In this document: piece by piece, positions 61,141 through 64,000 of the stretch | Numbering within the stretch: position 1 is the first letter of the stretch | How the letters are laid out: each line of letters opens with the position of its first letter | Source of the DNA: Spirochaetia bacterium | GTDB taxonomy: Bacteria > Spirochaetota > Spirochaetia > SZUA-6 > Bin103 | Assembly: GCA_965199955.1 (NCBI GenBank) | Contig: CBDATQ010000001.1 | Coordinates: 544,001 to 608,000, forward strand | Reading direction: 5' to 3' | Length of the DNA stretch: 64,000 nt | Notes under the pieces: generated by a model | What the model was told of the DNA's origin: nothing | Seen by the model: the letters and a program-made list of their open reading frames with translations, nothing else | Databases searched by the model: none | Program-made: the position numbers and the translations under genes

Positions 61141-61196
61141 GGCAGCCGATACTCGACCCGGGCGGTCCGCCGGTCAAGCCGCCGGGGTGCGCGCGG

Positions 61197-61955
61197 CTAG
61201 TCGGTGCGCGCCAGCATCCCGCCGTCCACCGTCAGCGCCGTTCCGGTGATGAAGGACGCCTCGTCCGAGGCCAGGAACAGCACGGCGTTGGCCACGTCCT
61301 CGGGCGTGCCCAGGCGCTTGGCGGGCACCATCTGCGCATAACGGACCTCCTGATCGGGCGGCGCCCCCTCCCACGGCGGCGTCAGGATCGCGCCGGGCAG
61401 CACGGCGCAGACGCGGATGTCCGGCCCGTAGTCGATGGCGAGGGTTCTGGTCAGGCCCAGGACACCGGCCTTGGCCGCGTCATAGGCCGTGCACGCGGGC
61501 AGGCTCACCATCGAGTGCACGGAACCGGTGTTGACGATCACGCCTCCGCCGGTCCTGCGCATGACGGGGATCCCGTACTTGGCCGCCAGGAAGATCGCCT
61601 TCAGACCGACGTTCAGGGTGTCGTCCCAGTCCTTCTCGTCCAGCTCGGTCGCCACGCCGTCGCGCACCCGGATGGCGTTGTTGTGCACGATGTCGACCCG
61701 TCCGAATGCCTCCTCGGTGCGCGCGAACATGCCGATGACGTCATCGCGCGCGCCGACGTCGGTACGGACGACGATCGCCGTGCCGCCCGCGGCCCGTATC
61801 TCGCCGGCGACCCGCCGGCCCCCGGCCTCATCGACGTCGGCGATGCAGACCGAGGCGCCTTCACGCGCCAGGACCTCCGCGGTGGCCCGGCCGATTCCCG
61901 AAGCGGCGCCCGTAACGATGGCCGCCTTGCCGGCGACTCTTCCCGTGGTGCTTAT
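61197..61955 (-). CDS. SDR oxidoreductase (start ATA 61955 or ATG 62021)
   Basis: TGAASGIG, HNNA, YDAAK, VDGG. Confidence 0.9.
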   Translation of the reverse strand: MSTTGRVAGKAAIVTGAASGIGRATAEVLAREGASVCIADVDEAGGRRVAGEIRAAGGTAIVVRTDVGARDDVIGMFARTEEAFGRVDIVHNNAIRVRDGVATELDEKDWDDTLNVGLKAIFLAAKYGIPVMRRTGGGVIVNTGSVHSMVSLPACTAYDAAKAGVLGLTRTLAIDYGPDIRVCAVLPGAILTPPWEGAPPDQEVRYAQMVPAKRLGTPEDVANAVLFLASDEASFITGTALTVDGGMLARTD

Positions 61956-62094
61956 GGCAGTCCGGTCCCCTTCGATTATGGAGAGCTTAGGGATCTTATC
62001 GATTTCTTGTAAGATCCACATACGTACGTGGCCGGACTGGCAGGGAGCCTGATGGCTTCTCTCCCGCGGCCGGCGGCAGTACGTTGACCATGCG

Positions 62095-63531
62095 ATGAGC
62101 ACCGTCGACACGCGGCCCGTCGCCGCAGAGCCGAGCTTCAACGAAGGGCTGTCCCTGATCGTGGACCGGGCGCTGCGCCACCTGGACCTGCCGCCCGGCC
62201 TGCCGGAGCAGATCAAGGCGTGCGACTCGGTGCTGCAGCTCCACTTCCCGGTGCGGTTCGACGACGGCGTGCTGCACATTTTTCGCGGCTGGCGGGCAAC
62301 GCACAGCTCCCACCTGCTGCCGGCCAAGGGCGGCATACGCTATGCCTGCTGCGTCGACCAGGACGAGGTGGAGGCGCTGGCCGCGCTGATGACCTACAAG
62401 TGCGCGCTGGTGGACGTTCCGTTCGGTGGCTCGAAGGGCGGCGTGAACCTCGAACCGGGCGACTACTCGGAGCGCGAGCTGGAGCTCATCACACGACGCT
62501 TCGCACGGGAGCTCATCTCGCGCGGCTATCTCAGCCCCGGCGGCAACGTGCCGGCGCCGGACATGGGCACCGGCGCGCGCGAGATGGGCTGGATCGCCGA
62601 CATCTACCGGATCATGCACCCGGAGGAGATCAACGCGCTGGCGTGCGTGACCGGCAAGCCGCTCACCATCGGCGGCATTCCGGGCCGCACCGAGGCGACC
62701 GGGCGCGGCGTGCAGTTCGCGGTGCGCGAGCTCTTCCGCCGCCCCGAGGACCTGGCGCTGGCCGGCCTGGAAGGCGGCCTGGAAGGCAAGCGGATCGTCG
62801 TGCAGGGGCTGGGCAACGTGGGCTACCACCTGGCCAAGTACCTGTCCGAGGAGGACGGCGCCGTGATCGTCGGCGTGATGACGCGCGAAGGCACGGTCAT
62901 GGACGACGGCGGCATCGACGTGGACGGGCTGCGCGCCCACCTGGATGAGAACGGCGGCATCGATGGGTTTCCCGGCGGGCGCGCGGATGTCGGCGCGGAC
63001 GCGTTCCTGGCGACCCCCTGCGACCTGCTGGTCCCGGCCGCGATCGAGGGCCAGATCCACCGCGGCAACGCCGCCGCCGTGCAGGCCAGCCTGGTGGTGG
63101 AGGCGGCCAACGGCCCGGTCACCTTCGGCGGTGACGAGATCCTCAGGCAGCGCGGCATCCCGGTGCTGCCCGACCTGTTCGTGAACGCGGGCGGCGTCAC
63201 CGTCTCCTACTTCGAATGGATCAAGAACCTGTCCCACATCCGCTTCGGCCGCATGGACCGCCGCCTGGACGAGGGGCGTGGCGAGCGCATCGTCAGCGCC
63301 CTGGAAACGATGACCGGCCGCTCGGCCGATGCGTCGCTGCGCGCCGAGCTGATCTCCGGCGCCGACGAGCTGGCGCTGGTCCGCTCGGGCCTGGACGACA
63401 CCATGCGGCAGGCCTACGACGAGATCAGCCGGACCTTCCACGGGAACGACGCGATCGACGACTACCGCACCGCCGCCTACGTGGTCGCCATCACCAAGAT
63501 CGCCAACACCTACCTCGACCTGGGGGTGTAG
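62095..63531 (+). CDS. gdhA: Glutamate dehydrogenase (Glu/Leu/Phe/Val dehydrogenase family)
   Basis: KGGIRY, MTYKCA, PFGGSKGG, PAPD, VTGKP, GLGNVG, EAANGP, NAGGVTVSYFEW. Confidence 0.93.
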   Translation: MSTVDTRPVAAEPSFNEGLSLIVDRALRHLDLPPGLPEQIKACDSVLQLHFPVRFDDGVLHIFRGWRATHSSHLLPAKGGIRYACCVDQDEVEALAALMTYKCALVDVPFGGSKGGVNLEPGDYSERELELITRRFARELISRGYLSPGGNVPAPDMGTGAREMGWIADIYRIMHPEEINALACVTGKPLTIGGIPGRTEATGRGVQFAVRELFRRPEDLALAGLEGGLEGKRIVVQGLGNVGYHLAKYLSEEDGAVIVGVMTREGTVMDDGGIDVDGLRAHLDENGGIDGFPGGRADVGADAFLATPCDLLVPAAIEGQIHRGNAAAVQASLVVEAANGPVTFGGDEILRQRGIPVLPDLFVNAGGVTVSYFEWIKNLSHIRFGRMDRRLDEGRGERIVSALETMTGRSADASLRAELISGADELALVRSGLDDTMRQAYDEISRTFHGNDAIDDYRTAAYVVAITKIANTYLDLGV

Positions 63532-63872
63532 GGACCTGGGCGTGTAGGCGAGCCGCCGGCCGCCGGCGTCACGACCAGGCGATGCTGGAGGTCGCGAGCC
63601 GTGGCAGCGGCTGTGCGCCGATCCCGGGCTGATCCCGAACGCGGTCTGGCCTGGCTGGGTCAGCCGGGTACGGCACTCGGGTTCGGTTCCGAAGCCCTCA
63701 CCACCGCGTGCTGAGTCGAGGCCTTGATGCGCATCTGAAGCCCGACGGCTCATGCGGGGAAACGCCCGCCGCATCCACAGGTCTCTGGGGATGAACAGAG
63801 TCGAAGGTGCCTACCTAATGTAGTCCACGCTCCGCGAGAACAGAAGGGGGGTCTCTACTTCAGGCCGTGTTT

Positions 63873-64000
63873 CTACAGGAACCGGCGCAGACCGGTCAGC
63901 GTCTCGCGGGTGGATTCGAGGCGGGAGGCGCCTTCCTTGCTCCAGTGGGTTTCCACGCTGACGACGCCTGAGTAGCCGTCGCGGCGCAGGGCGTCCACTT
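63873..64000 (-). CDS. C-terminus of a sugar-phosphate isomerase/epimerase (xylose-isomerase-like TIM barrel), partial
   Basis: Manual translation ...VDALRRDGYSGVVSVETHW...LRRFL*. Confidence 0.65.
   Translation of the reverse strand, partial: VDALRRDGYSGVVSVETHWSKEGASRLESTRETLTGLRRFL

Noticed and set aside
63532..63860. Structured RNA after gdh (hairpins such as GGGTTCGG...CCGAAGCCC)
   Set aside because: No recognisable tRNA, riboswitch or Rfam-like motif; hairpins are common at this GC content
63855..63875. TAG followed in frame by KHGLK and another TAG (possible readthrough or recoding)
   Set aside because: Other genes here end properly at TAG; at most a trivial C-terminal truncation

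Overview
High-GC (roughly 70% by eye) bacterial chromosomal segment, densely coding, with about 60 genes and no rRNA, tRNA or CRISPR array that I could recognise. Content is mostly catabolic and housekeeping: six Gfo/Idh/MocA-type oxidoreductase genes, three SDRs, two sialidase-like propellers, a LacD-like aldolase with glycerate kinase, two M20 hydrolases, PhyH, RraA, acs, a sulfite/nitrite reductase, a P450 and GDH. Envelope genes include HtrA, a MurA-like enzyme, RfaE/GT9, DUF368, CcdA/thioredoxin, and two TolC genes behind an OmpR-type two-component system. The repertoire resembles host-associated marine symbionts, but taxonomy cannot be fixed from this window. The most notable signals are: (1) four genes whose conserved N-termini appear to begin at non-canonical codons (ACG, ATA, ATA, CTG), alongside pervasive leaderless-type promoters; (2) a MurA-like enzyme lacking both PEP-carboxylate arginines; (3) an internally deleted IS630 element that truncated a proteasome-beta-like (Ntn) gene directly upstream of a stand-alone cereblon/CULT gene; (4) a GNAT resembling bacterial ceramide synthase; (5) a small CYGGG-ending peptide convergent with the P450; (6) a frameshifted nitroreductase; (7) an AT-rich palindromic patch and 11-bp-phased direct repeats upstream of the regulator. 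All family calls come from motif recognition only, with no database search.
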